From contig CP128815.1 of NCBI GenBank assembly GCA_051546255.1, positions 1,984,001-2,048,000 on the forward strand: a stretch of 64,000 bases of DNA, given 5' to 3'. This document shows positions 20,920-30,411 of this stretch, in pieces; position 1 is the stretch's first letter; every line of letters begins with the position of its first letter. A model generated the notes under the pieces. The model made no database searches, was not told the origin of the DNA, and saw only the letters and a program-made list of their open reading frames with translations. A program made the translations under genes and the position numbers. Origin of the DNA: Meyerozyma guilliermondii. Lineage: Eukaryota.

Positions 20920-23595
20920 TCACGTGGAACTACCCGAACCTACTGCAACCAGTTCGCCAATAGACAACTTGCGTTCCTTCGTAGGTATCTCTTCTTTATC
21001 TTCGGATTCTCTTCCACGTTTGTCTATTTGAGAACATCTCATATCCGTTTCAATATGTTGAAACATGCTTGTTTGCACAGTCTCAGGTGGACTAGAATGA
21101 GTAGCGTATTGACAGTTGTTTTCTGTAGCCAAGTTCTCCACATCCGAATCGACCGTAACTTCCGTATGTGGCTCTGAAGTATCCACAAACCCGTTTTCTG
21201 TGCCTTTTTTAATCACCTTGATAAGTTCCTTTCCGGCTTCAAAATATGAAAGACTAAGAATAAAGTCCTCATATTTCTCAACAATGTAAACTGCCAACAG
21301 TCTATATCCAGACCTATCGTGTGCATTGTATCGTCGATCACATTGCTTGTGTATCGTGTCCAAAAACAGTAGACATGTGGAGTTAGCCAAGTTATTTTTT
21401 TGGGCAACACTTTTGAAAAATTCAAAGTAGTTGTCGAGAATCTTGTTTCGTATAATATGTTGAAAGAGAACCAGCTCATTGGATAGAAGAATATTTTTCA
21501 AACATCTTAGTGCTGCAACTCTTACTGTTATTTTGACGGGCGCTCCGATCAATCTAGCAACACCATTGATGACATTGTTGCTCAAAAAGAATTCAGCGGA
21601 TGTTGCCCTCTCGTGCTCACGCCAGCAAAAAGTTATCAAGTCACACAAGTGCTGATATAAAAGTTCGTCCAGTTTTACTCTGGTGACGACAAAGGCATCC
21701 GCTTTGTGATTGAGGTCAACAACGGGGCCAAATAGTTCTGGTGCTGCCTTGGAATAAAACGCAGAGAAATAGTTGGCGGTGTTGATAGACCCATTATAAG
21801 TTGGAGATTGTGTACCATTGGAGGCCAATCTTGAAAATGCCGCTTCACCGTTGGACTTTTCTGCTTTTTGAATACCCCGTGAACCAATGTGGTTTGCGTT
21901 CTCGCCATTAGTGGTGCCATTAAATGAATCACTATCGGCAATGTTTGTATCTAGCAACATCTTCAATGCCTCTAAAGCTTGTAGTTTCAAGCCAGCATTC
22001 TTATCGCTAAGAAGCAACCTTACTAGTATATGAATGAGCGTCATGTCGTCCGCTAGTTTCAAGCGCGTATGGTTCTCCTTCTCGATGACCTTTTCCTCCA
22101 CGAAATCATTGCTGGGAGGATCTGACAAGTCTATTGCCTCATCTTTATCTATGGAGTTTACCAAACAAACATCTTGCTCGATAATAATCACAATGAGCTC
22201 TGTGCCGAGTATTCTGATGTTAATATCAACGTCTTCTAAGGCAAACCTAATCATGGAAAATAATCCCGATTTAACCAAAGCCGAAAAGAAGTCCAACTTT
22301 TGGTGCGTCTGAAGAGATTTGGCTATCATCACATATTGGTGTAGCATCTTCACCCCATTTCGTCGTATTTCACCGTCCAGCGATGGATCCTTGTACGACT
22401 CGAAAAGTTTGGGAAGAAAGTTATCACTGTCAACCAAAAATTGTATGATTTCCACCTGGTTGAGATATATTATGGAGGACAATATGTTGAAAGCCTGTTC
22501 ATCAATGCAACTCTGTAACGCCACGTCTCGTAAGAAGTTGAGAAAGAAGTCTCGCTTAAATAGTCCAAGCTGAGCATCACTACATGGCACGTCGATAACC
22601 ATTTGTAGCTTAGTTTTATCACTGAGGAATCCGCGGTAGTCAGCCTTAGGGTCAGAGTCATATTCTAGAATACCTGAGAGCCCATAAATTTTTTCTTCCG
22701 ATGATGTGAAGTCCTCTATTATGCCCGCTTCATTGTAGAGTATTAAAGTCTTAACTATCTCTGCTATTAGAATGAGAAGCTTGAAGGGCAGTATTTGTTC
22801 GGTCATGGTGGTGTTTCCTGAGTTTGAATTCGAGGTAGATTGTGCTACTGGAGGCTCGACGACTTCAGATCCAGCGCTTATTTCGGTGTTGTCAGTGACG
22901 GTGGAAGTACTCTTTGAGGTATCAGATATAGAGGTGGATGTAGTTGTGATGGAAACCTTTGATGGATGGGAGTCGTTGGATTCTGTTTGGCCGGTGATGT
23001 TCTCGTTGGCTTCCAGGAACCCCAGCTCGTCCATTTCTGCTTCGATGGAAGTCATTAGGTTGATTAGCAATTTCAAGTAATTTTTCTCCTTGACGTAGTC
23101 TGTGATTTTGGACCGGGAAAATTGCGAGGAAGAGCCACGGATGATGACTTCAAGGCACTCGTCCAAGTTGGTGCGGGTGGGGTCGGGAGGGTACGATATA
23201 GGGCCGGTAATTAACTCTGTGACATCACAAGTCAGAGTGCTTTCCACATTTGGGATGACATAGTAGAGACTGATTTGCGGACTATAGTTCTCTTGTTGTG
23301 CGTGGATAATGAATTCACAGAGATCAGCACAACCTTCTGTTTCTTGGAACGACAATGCAAGGTCTTTGCCTGAACTATCGGTCCACACTATGAGAGTTTC
23401 TTGTTGTCGCTGGTACTGAATGTTACCCTCAAGACATGATTTTAGAATTATATCATCAGAATCGACTTCGTTACGCACTGTAAAGTATGCTTTCTTGGTG
23501 TCTTCCTCCATTTCTCCAACACAATAACCTGTCCCATGGTCCAACCAGTCGTCTCCATCGAGCAAATAAACCTTCACTCTTCGAGGTTTCGACAT
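20920..23595 (-). CDS. PSY2: Protein phosphatase PP4 regulatory subunit 3 (SMEK)
   Basis: EVH1-like RRVKVYLL..W.DHGTG and YQRQQETLIVW, ALSFQE motifs, followed by the SMK-1 region (GILEYD). ATG at 23595. Confidence 0.92.
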   Translation of the reverse strand: MSKPRRVKVYLLDGDDWLDHGTGYCVGEMEEDTKKAYFTVRNEVDSDDIILKSCLEGNIQYQRQQETLIVWTDSSGKDLALSFQETEGCADLCEFIIHAQQENYSPQISLYYVIPNVESTLTCDVTELITGPISYPPDPTRTNLDECLEVIIRGSSSQFSRSKITDYVKEKNYLKLLINLMTSIEAEMDELGFLEANENITGQTESNDSHPSKVSITTTSTSISDTSKSTSTVTDNTEISAGSEVVEPPVAQSTSNSNSGNTTMTEQILPFKLLILIAEIVKTLILYNEAGIIEDFTSSEEKIYGLSGILEYDSDPKADYRGFLSDKTKLQMVIDVPCSDAQLGLFKRDFFLNFLRDVALQSCIDEQAFNILSSIIYLNQVEIIQFLVDSDNFLPKLFESYKDPSLDGEIRRNGVKMLHQYVMIAKSLQTHQKLDFFSALVKSGLFSMIRFALEDVDINIRILGTELIVIIIEQDVCLVNSIDKDEAIDLSDPPSNDFVEEKVIEKENHTRLKLADDMTLIHILVRLLLSDKNAGLKLQALEALKMLLDTNIADSDSFNGTTNGENANHIGSRGIQKAEKSNGEAAFSRLASNGTQSPTYNGSINTANYFSAFYSKAAPELFGPVVDLNHKADAFVVTRVKLDELLYQHLCDLITFCWREHERATSAEFFLSNNVINGVARLIGAPVKITVRVAALRCLKNILLSNELVLFQHIIRNKILDNYFEFFKSVAQKNNLANSTCLLFLDTIHKQCDRRYNAHDRSGYRLLAVYIVEKYEDFILSLSYFEAGKELIKVIKKGTENGFVDTSEPHTEVTVDSDVENLATENNCQYATHSSPPETVQTSMFQHIETDMRCSQIDKRGRESEDKEEIPTKERKLSIGELVAVGSGSST

Positions 23596-24278
23596 GGCAC
23601 TATGTTTCTTGCCCAGGAACACGGCTTTTGGTGTATTTTATACTCGGTAACTAGAAATTAACACGCTAAAACGAAAGTTCAAATATGTCCGGGCGTGTTG
23701 AGAATGGTGCTGTAGGGGTCCGGAATTAAGTTGTAGGCTATACGGAAGGTGTATACTTCGGACTTGAGATATAGGGCCCCAGGGAAGTATCGGTCTGTTT
23801 CAGCCACTCGCTTTTAGCGGTATGTGAATTTTCGATTACAATGTCAGAAAAGTACGATATGCTGTTTGACATCACGCGCGCGGCGGCGAGCGCGATAAAG
23901 ATGGAAACTGATGAGATGGGAAATAGTGCAATTGGGAGAAGATTTGTACAGCAAGATTTGGCTGGTGGTTGCAGTATATGACTTGGTGGGTGTTGTATTG
24001 TGGATTAGATTGTGGTTTGTGGTGGTAGTAGTATTGTATAATTTTGCAATATTGTAGAAAATGGCATTTATGGTGGTAAGATGGATATGATGGTTTATAC
24101 TTTTATGGCACCTACAAGCCACGTAAGCTACCAATGGCACAAGCACAAAAACTATTAATCATACTACAGGCTATTTTTCACTTATCGTACAGGCTACCTG
24201 CTATCAATGGCACTATATTGCATCTATTCTAGTATAAGTTACCAATTTACTTTTTCTGGAATGAAAGACCTATTTACA

Positions 24279-25325
24279 TTAGTGCACAACCAACGCAGCA
24301 CTGGTCAAGCTTCGCAACCATTCAACCTTATCCACGTCGTGAGTGTCCTCGACTTCTCCCCATTGCTCAGTCTGGAAAATGGTTTCAAGATTTCCAAGCT
24401 CCACAATTTCGTCGATACTTTTGATAAAGTAATCGTCTTTGGTGGTTTTATTCACCTGGTACAACTTTTGCATAATATTGAGGTCCGAACAACTAGCACG
24501 CAACACGGAAGCACCACAGAGAAACGACTTGGAAGCCAAGATGGCTTTCTCAAGTGCTACCAAGTCGTAGATGGGTAGCAGTTCTAGCCAATGCAGTACT
24601 ACGTTCTGGGTGGTGATGGACTGTTCGTTTCCACGGAGCCCGTCGGTTTCACAATCAAGAGAGTTCAATTCGACTTTCATGTCTTGAGGAAGAAGCTTCC
24701 TATCATGAGCATACTTTGTGAAAAAATCTTCGTATTCTTTGATGAGTGGTAGGTAGAGTTCGTCTTGCCGGGCTCTAAGCTTGCCTTCGTACTCGTCTAA
24801 AGTGGTGAAAATAAGACAAGTATCGGTATCGAGGTACTTGAGAAGATTGAGTCTTATATCTTCCAACCGGCCCACTTTGGCAATTGCATCGGAATCTCCC
24901 TCGTTTGTGTTTTGCAAGTCTATTGCTCGAGACGCCAACGACGTCAACGGAAGCGAACCATGTTTGATTTTGAGTTCTGGAACGTTGGCCCACTCATGAG
25001 CGATCAAATGTGCCAACTGTTTCTTGGTAGCAGGAACGGCCAATTTGTAACCCAATGGAGTTTTGAGGGTTTTTCCGTCAAGCTGGACTTCGTAGGAGTT
25101 GGTGGCATCGTTGTATTTCGCATCTACCTTTTCCCAGAACCGCAGAAGTGTCTTTTCCAATCGATTGGTCTCTGACTTGACATTGGATTCGATGGCCACC
25201 TCGGGTCCTACAGGAGTCAGAGTGGCCCTGAAACGCGTGGACGCACTGAAGAGGCGAGTACCAGCCACGGCACTGGATTTCAGCAACATGGGCGTGGCAC
25301 GTCTGCCAAGACCTCGTAATAGCAT
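24279..25325 (-). CDS. ATP12: Mitochondrial F1-ATPase assembly chaperone
   Basis: Mitochondrial presequence, FWEKV, LDGKTLKTP, LPLTSLASRAID, YLDTDT and QWGEVEDTHDVD motifs. Confidence 0.95.
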   Translation of the reverse strand: MLLRGLGRRATPMLLKSSAVAGTRLFSASTRFRATLTPVGPEVAIESNVKSETNRLEKTLLRFWEKVDAKYNDATNSYEVQLDGKTLKTPLGYKLAVPATKKQLAHLIAHEWANVPELKIKHGSLPLTSLASRAIDLQNTNEGDSDAIAKVGRLEDIRLNLLKYLDTDTCLIFTTLDEYEGKLRARQDELYLPLIKEYEDFFTKYAHDRKLLPQDMKVELNSLDCETDGLRGNEQSITTQNVVLHWLELLPIYDLVALEKAILASKSFLCGASVLRASCSDLNIMQKLYQVNKTTKDDYFIKSIDEIVELGNLETIFQTEQWGEVEDTHDVDKVEWLRSLTSAALVVH

Positions 25326-25435
25326 AGTGAGAAGTTGGTGAAGAAAGATGAATTTCGCGCGAGAACTGATCTGGTGAAAATCGATTGACTTTGAGTGGTT
25401 TGAGTATAAATTAAGGCATTCTAAATCATAGCATC

Positions 25436-25795
25436 ATGTCGGTCAATCCCCAGGCACTACAAAAGCTTCTCATGGAGATGGACAGCCAGCTCAACAAGTC
25501 TAGAGCTGAACTCTCCATGTGTAATCTTCAGTTGGAGAGGACAGTAACCAACTTGAATATCATCCAAAAGACACAAAAGGACCTTAGTGGGCTCTGTAAG
25601 AACAATGAAGGCGTGTGGGAAGGCGTTGGAAAGACTTTTGTTCAAGTACCGGTGTCAGATTATCTCCAAACCATCGAGGCTGACGAGAAGGAATTCACCG
25701 ATTCCAAGCTGAGTTTGGAAAAGAAGAAAGCGTACTTGGAAACCACATTGGAAAAGACCATCGATAACATGACACAATTGGTGGGAAAGAAATGA
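25436..25795 (+). CDS. PFD1: Prefoldin subunit 1
   Basis: 119-aa coiled-coil/beta-hairpin with VWEGVGKTFV and KKKAYLETT. Confidence 0.88.
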   Translation: MSVNPQALQKLLMEMDSQLNKSRAELSMCNLQLERTVTNLNIIQKTQKDLSGLCKNNEGVWEGVGKTFVQVPVSDYLQTIEADEKEFTDSKLSLEKKKAYLETTLEKTIDNMTQLVGKK

Positions 25796-26032
25796 TCGAG
25801 TTCGATCATGTTACCATCAGCCATACTAACTAATAAGACCATAGACCATAAATTATTCAGAATCGATTTCTGGCAATAAATACTATACCATACTGCCACA
25901 TTTTTTCTATTAATGAGTATTCATATTGACCAGATCGCAAACTGTCTGATTCACTTTACTCAAACTTTCTGATTCATTTCCATAAATTGTCTGATTTCTT
26001 TCCAGTTGTATTCATAATTTTCATTCCTCTAT

Positions 26033-26338
26033 TTACTCCTCCTCCTCCTCATCTCCTCCATCTAAGACTCTTCTCTCCATATCCTCGTCACCCCCTTTCA
26101 TTCTTTGTGTCAAAAACACATTGACTTGGTCTTGTAAAGTGGTCAATTCGGCTCGTAAATGTCCCAATGGGGTGTCTTTAGCTTCAGATGGCTTGTCTCT
26201 ATCTTCTCCGCCAGCATTGATAACCACGTCAGATATCTTTGTGCTGGTTCCACTGGTCGAATGGGGTCCCTTTCCTACGTCAAACTGTTTCTGCGTACCG
26301 TCTGGAGCGACATACACTGCCGTGGGTGAGGCTACCAT
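26033..26338 (-). CDS. GON7: EKC/KEOPS complex subunit Gon7
   Basis: PTAVYVAPDG, AGGEDRD and LGHLRAELTTLQDQVNVFLTQRM motifs, with an acidic tail. Confidence 0.9.
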   Translation of the reverse strand: MVASPTAVYVAPDGTQKQFDVGKGPHSTSGTSTKISDVVINAGGEDRDKPSEAKDTPLGHLRAELTTLQDQVNVFLTQRMKGGDEDMERRVLDGGDEEEEE

Positions 26339-26380
26339 AATTATCGATGCGCGATGCGAGCTGCTATCAGACTACAAATT

Positions 26381-26452
26381 TAGAATACAAGAATATACAG
26401 AATACGAAATATACAGAATACACTAATACAAGAATACAAGAATACAAGAATA
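26381..26452 (+). repeat. Degenerate AATACAAG/AATACAG tandem array (3 perfect AATACAAG units at 26425-26448)
   Basis: Read directly in the spacer between GON7 and the YLR345W-like gene. Confidence 0.75.
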
Positions 26453-26489
26453 AATTTCGTTCATTTGTACTGAATGGTCATTATCATCA

Positions 26490-28100
26490 CTAATTACTCT
26501 CTATGGGAATCACTCTGGCGGAATTGGAGTAGGCATTGAACCGGATCTCGATGATCTCGTCAGTGGAAAAGTTCAATGACGGTATGTCATAACACGAACA
26601 AGACATCAAGTACCCATAGAAAACTTTCAATACGGTATCGTCTGCTATGATCAATATATCACCGCTCATTCTTTCCATTTCGAGAATCAATGGCTCAATC
26701 TTGATTGCAAGATCATGGTACAGCTCAGCACGAGAAAACCGATGGTGATAAGGATCTTGTTTAAACAGGGCATATTCTGAAGGAAATTTCTTTTCGATCT
26801 CTGCTTCATTCATTCCTCCCACCACTCCTGGGTTTTTTTGTGAAAGCTGTATCCGGTGCCTTATATTCACACCTTTTTCAGTAAAGTACTTGGTGGTCTC
26901 CATGGTACGTTTTTTGACAGAAGTCCACACCACGAGCGAGTTTTCATCGACTCCATCTACACCAGCAGCTGGATGTCTTTCTTCCACCGAGTACTCTCTC
27001 TGAACTTTGGGACGTTCAGTGCTGGTTTGATTGAGGTGCTTGGCATATGCCTTACCCTCTTTAGCCAAATGATTCAACAATGTCTTGGTTAAGTTTCGGG
27101 CGTACTTGTCTCCCTCGTCGTCAAGCGGAGGATCTTGGGTATATTCAAGAGAGTTCTTGTAGCATCTGGCGAAGAATACCGATCCCAGTTTGATGCGCGA
27201 GTTCATAAGGAAAAACACCACTTTGTTGATCAAATAGCCATAGTTGGAGTTGTGGAGTTCAATGCGGTCACCAAAGTTGATGAATTTGATGTAAGATAAG
27301 CTATTTTCAGCGTCTTTAGTACCCATTTCCTGGTAGTATGGAGTTAGAAATTTGATGCGATCACTGTAATCTTTGTATGCCTTTTCATAATCCCAATTGA
27401 CATAGTCGGGAGACGAGCGTGCTGCCGATTCCATATTTCTCATGATGATGGAGTCGTCGGTTACCGATGATTCAATAAATAAAACCTGGATGTTTGCCGA
27501 CAGAAATTTCTGGCTCAATTTGAGTCGGTCTTCCGGAAGGGCATTGACAGCGTCGTAGATGGCAACTTGGCCCTTATCTTTTTCGAAAAAATTAAGCATA
27601 TCGTTTACACATTCATCCACAATTCTATTGCGCATTTCGTTAGCCTCTCGTTCTTCTGGTTCTGGCATAAATAGTTCATGATGGAGGTCCAGAACCGCAC
27701 TGGCACGACGGTAGTCACCCAAATGGAACGAATGGGTCTTGACGCCGAGCCATCTCAAATATCTTGTTAACGAAACAGACAAATGGGTCTTACCCCGACC
27801 TGGTAATCCTGCCAATGCAATACAGATTTTTCCAGCATGAAACAACCGGCCAGATTCCGTGGAGTACAACTGAGCTGGAGATATGTGGTAGGGATCGATT
27901 TCCTTGTGGACACCATCGACCCCGGTAACATCACTCATTCTTCGCTGGCCTCTGCCTTTGGACGAAAGAAGATCGACCAAATTTGGCTTATTATTATTGT
28001 GGAAAGACCACCTTTTCTTTGTTCTTTTTCCAGATTGCGACGGATTGCGCTCCAAAGGTGACGAACCAAACCCGTTAAAAATCTCTCCTTCGTCAGTCAT
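26490..28100 (-). CDS. 6-phosphofructo-2-kinase/fructose-2,6-bisphosphatase-like protein (YLR345W type; phosphatase His absent)
   Basis: STESGRLFHAG, P-loop GLPGRGKT, YDAVN, SSPDY and ES(CTG)YHDLA. The RHG motif is replaced by RCY. ATG at 28100. Confidence 0.88.
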   Translation of the reverse strand: MTDEGEIFNGFGSSPLERNPSQSGKRTKKRWSFHNNNKPNLVDLLSSKGRGQRRMSDVTGVDGVHKEIDPYHISPAQLYSTESGRLFHAGKICIALAGLPGRGKTHLSVSLTRYLRWLGVKTHSFHLGDYRRASAVLDLHHELFMPEPEEREANEMRNRIVDECVNDMLNFFEKDKGQVAIYDAVNALPEDRLKLSQKFLSANIQVLFIESSVTDDSIIMRNMESAARSSPDYVNWDYEKAYKDYSDRIKFLTPYYQEMGTKDAENSLSYIKFINFGDRIELHNSNYGYLINKVVFFLMNSRIKLGSVFFARCYKNSLEYTQDPPLDDEGDKYARNLTKTLLNHLAKEGKAYAKHLNQTSTERPKVQREYSVEERHPAAGVDGVDENSLVVWTSVKKRTMETTKYFTEKGVNIRHRIQLSQKNPGVVGGMNEAEIEKKFPSEYALFKQDPYHHRFSRAELYHDLAIKIEPLILEMERMSGDILIIADDTVLKVFYGYLMSCSCYDIPSLNFSTDEIIEIRFNAYSNSARVIPIESN

Positions 28101-28303
28101 AGGAAAGATTGTGTAGTTGGTGTTAGCAAGAGACGCCCCGGCGATTGGAACCGCACGACTGGGGTAGGTGCAGGAGAGGAAGCGAGACAAAATCAAAAAG
28201 ATCAGAACTAGCAACACTCTACAACAGTTTTCTGACAGTCTCAATTACACAACTCTCACCCCCGCTACATATCTCAGTTTCAGTCGTTTATTTATACAAC
28301 AAA

Positions 28304-28919
28304 TTACTCGATCTTTCCGCCCTTTCTCTCAATCAATGCCTTTCTGTCCTTGTCCAAGTGCAACTTGGTAATGACAACCTTGGATGGGTGGATGTTGAGG
28401 GGAACAGAAGCACCGTTGGACTTCTCCTTTTGCAATTTCTCGATTTGAACAGCAAACTTCAATCTGTATACAGAGTTCACCTTACCTTCGGATCCCTTCT
28501 TGGAGCCTCTGGCAACAATGACTTCGTCATTTTGTCTGATTGGCAAGGTCTTGATGTTGTATTGTTCTCTCAACTCCTTGGAGAGAGGAGCAGCCATCAA
28601 AGCTCTTCTTTCAACGGAAGAAGAGGTGAAGTAAGCCTTTCTGGCCTTCGAACGAGAAGAGGAAACGTCTGAGTTAGTATGGTTTGTAACGAATAAGATG
28701 AATGTGTAGCAGTCGAAGAGTGTGGTATTTGTGAATTCATGATGGTATCTTCAATCTTAGGGTTATAGTTGGTAGTTCAATGATAAATTCCGAATTCCTC
28801 AGGGCATTAATGGCCACGCCTGGCACACAAAAACAAGTAGTCAGGGCTCTCTACGACTGCAGTTCACACGTCGATCTTAAATATCAACGAAAATAATTAC
28901 CTTTACTGATCTTAGCCAT
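28304..28919 (-). CDS. RPL26: 60S ribosomal protein L26 (uL24); exons 28901-28919 and 28304-28668, 127 aa
   Basis: Splicing GTAATT (28900) to TACTAAC-TCAG (28669) gives [20 protein letters not shown]...[18 protein letters not shown] in frame. Confidence 0.96.
28669..28900 (-). other. Spliceosomal intron of RPL26 (232 nt)
   Basis: 5' site GTAATT, branch point TACTAAC followed by TCAG. Removal restores the conserved N-terminus. Confidence 0.93.
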
Positions 28920-29013
28920 CTCGATGCTATGAATGTAATGTATTCAAATTTTTCAGCCTAGTTGAGAACGAAAAAATCTCGCGGAGTTGCGACATGCCAC
29001 AAAAAGGCGCGAC

Positions 29014-29043
29014 ATGGGCTGCGCCCTAAAGGAGTGCACGTGA
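29014..29043. promoter_or_regulatory. RPL26 promoter: Tbf1-like GCCCTAA (29023-29029) plus Cbf1 E-box CACGTGA (29037-29043)
   Basis: The Tbf1 plus Cbf1 pair is the established ribosomal-protein promoter architecture in CTG-clade yeasts. Confidence 0.6.
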
Positions 29044-29207
29044 TACGAACATTAGCCGACTTGGACGAGGTAGAAGAGTGATAAAGAAGGTTGAGACAAA
29101 AGTGTTTTAGCGCCGTAGATCGTCTTCTTGGCAATGTACCGATAAAAGTAGTTTGGTATTCACTTTTATGTTTTGTTTTGTCGTCCTTTTTCGAGGCAAA
29201 AAGAAAT

Positions 29208-29281
29208 AGCCCTCGGCAGGACTCGAACCCGCAATCATTATCTCCGGAGGATAACACCTTAACCAATTAGGCCACAAGGGC
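29208..29281 (-). tRNA. tRNA-Arg(CCG), intronless, 74 nt
   Basis: Reverse complement folds as GCCCTTG/CGAGGGC acceptor, D arm, TTATC-CT-CCG-GA-GATAA anticodon arm and GCGGG-TTCGAGT-CCTGC T arm, followed by a T-run. Confidence 0.95.
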
Positions 29282-29543
29282 TAATTTCGATACTATAGAG
29301 CCCCATGTACTACCTATGGTACACCATCCAGAGCAACATAATTAGACACCAACTTCCTTCTACTTTATCCCAGTTGTAACATTATTTAGCTATTTCAGGC
29401 GTCTCATTACGATCCTGTATCACAAAACTATACTTTTACCCATTACCATTCTTATTTTGATAAGGTTACCTAGAGCCATTGTGCAGGTCGTCTTGCTCGG
29501 CGATTCATTTTGGCTCCGAAAAAGTGGAGAACAACCTGCTAAG

Positions 29544-30302
29544 ATGATGAGATCTAGACTCGTTGGGCTCGGAAAGTCATTTATGGCTAGTCCATTGATC
29601 TACAGAGGTGCAAGTCATGCTGTTAGACATACACATTTACTCAAATGTACCGTGGGTCCATCGTATCCATTAACCTCAATAATTTTTCAAAGCAAGTATT
29701 CCACGAAAACGGCTCCTCCTCCACCTCCACCTCCACCGCCAGCAGACAAAAACGCCAAGGGTAAGGTATTATTGAACAGAATAACAAGGGCGTTTACTTT
29801 CTCGCTCTCATCAGTTATTGTTGTCGGTGCTGCTGGAGTAGCGTTACTAGTAGTTTACTTGATTCTCTCAGAATTGTTTCTTCCATCTGGAGATACTCGA
29901 ACGTTCAACAAAGCCGTCAAGTTGGTAGAACAGAACCCTGAAGCTCAGAAGTTGCTCAATTTCGAACCAGGCCACAGACTTAAGGCTCATGGTGGATCCA
30001 ATGGTGACAGATGGGTAAGAAATCGTCCGGCTCACAGCATTAGAACCAAGGGAAAAGATGGCAAGGATCGTCTCGTCATGAAGTTCTACGTCGATTCCTC
30101 AAGCGGCAGACATGGTACTGTCAGTTTGGAGCAAATTGACCTTTCGTTCTGGAGTTCAGAATTTGCATATATAGCCTTGGATGTTCCCGGTGCTAAACGA
30201 GTGTATATCGTTGAGCCCAAGTACCAGGCGAAAAACTATGTACCAAAACCTGGTTCCAGTGGAGGGTTCTTGGGGTTGAAGTGGGGTCCTAAGAAGGAGT
30301 AA
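29544..30302 (+). CDS. TIM21: Mitochondrial TIM23 complex subunit Tim21
   Basis: Presequence, a single TM followed by SELFLPSGDTRTFNKAV, then LKAHG and WVRNRP. Confidence 0.92.
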   Translation: MMRSRLVGLGKSFMASPLIYRGASHAVRHTHLLKCTVGPSYPLTSIIFQSKYSTKTAPPPPPPPPPADKNAKGKVLLNRITRAFTFSLSSVIVVGAAGVALLVVYLILSELFLPSGDTRTFNKAVKLVEQNPEAQKLLNFEPGHRLKAHGGSNGDRWVRNRPAHSIRTKGKDGKDRLVMKFYVDSSSGRHGTVSLEQIDLSFWSSEFAYIALDVPGAKRVYIVEPKYQAKNYVPKPGSSGGFLGLKWGPKKE

Positions 30303-30411
30303 GTGTATATAATGAATATCATAGGCATATTAACTGCGCCGGACAGATGAAGTGGAATGAACGTCCGTATTAAGTGACAAATAGAAGGTTGTGGTAGTTT
30401 AGGCGCTGGAC

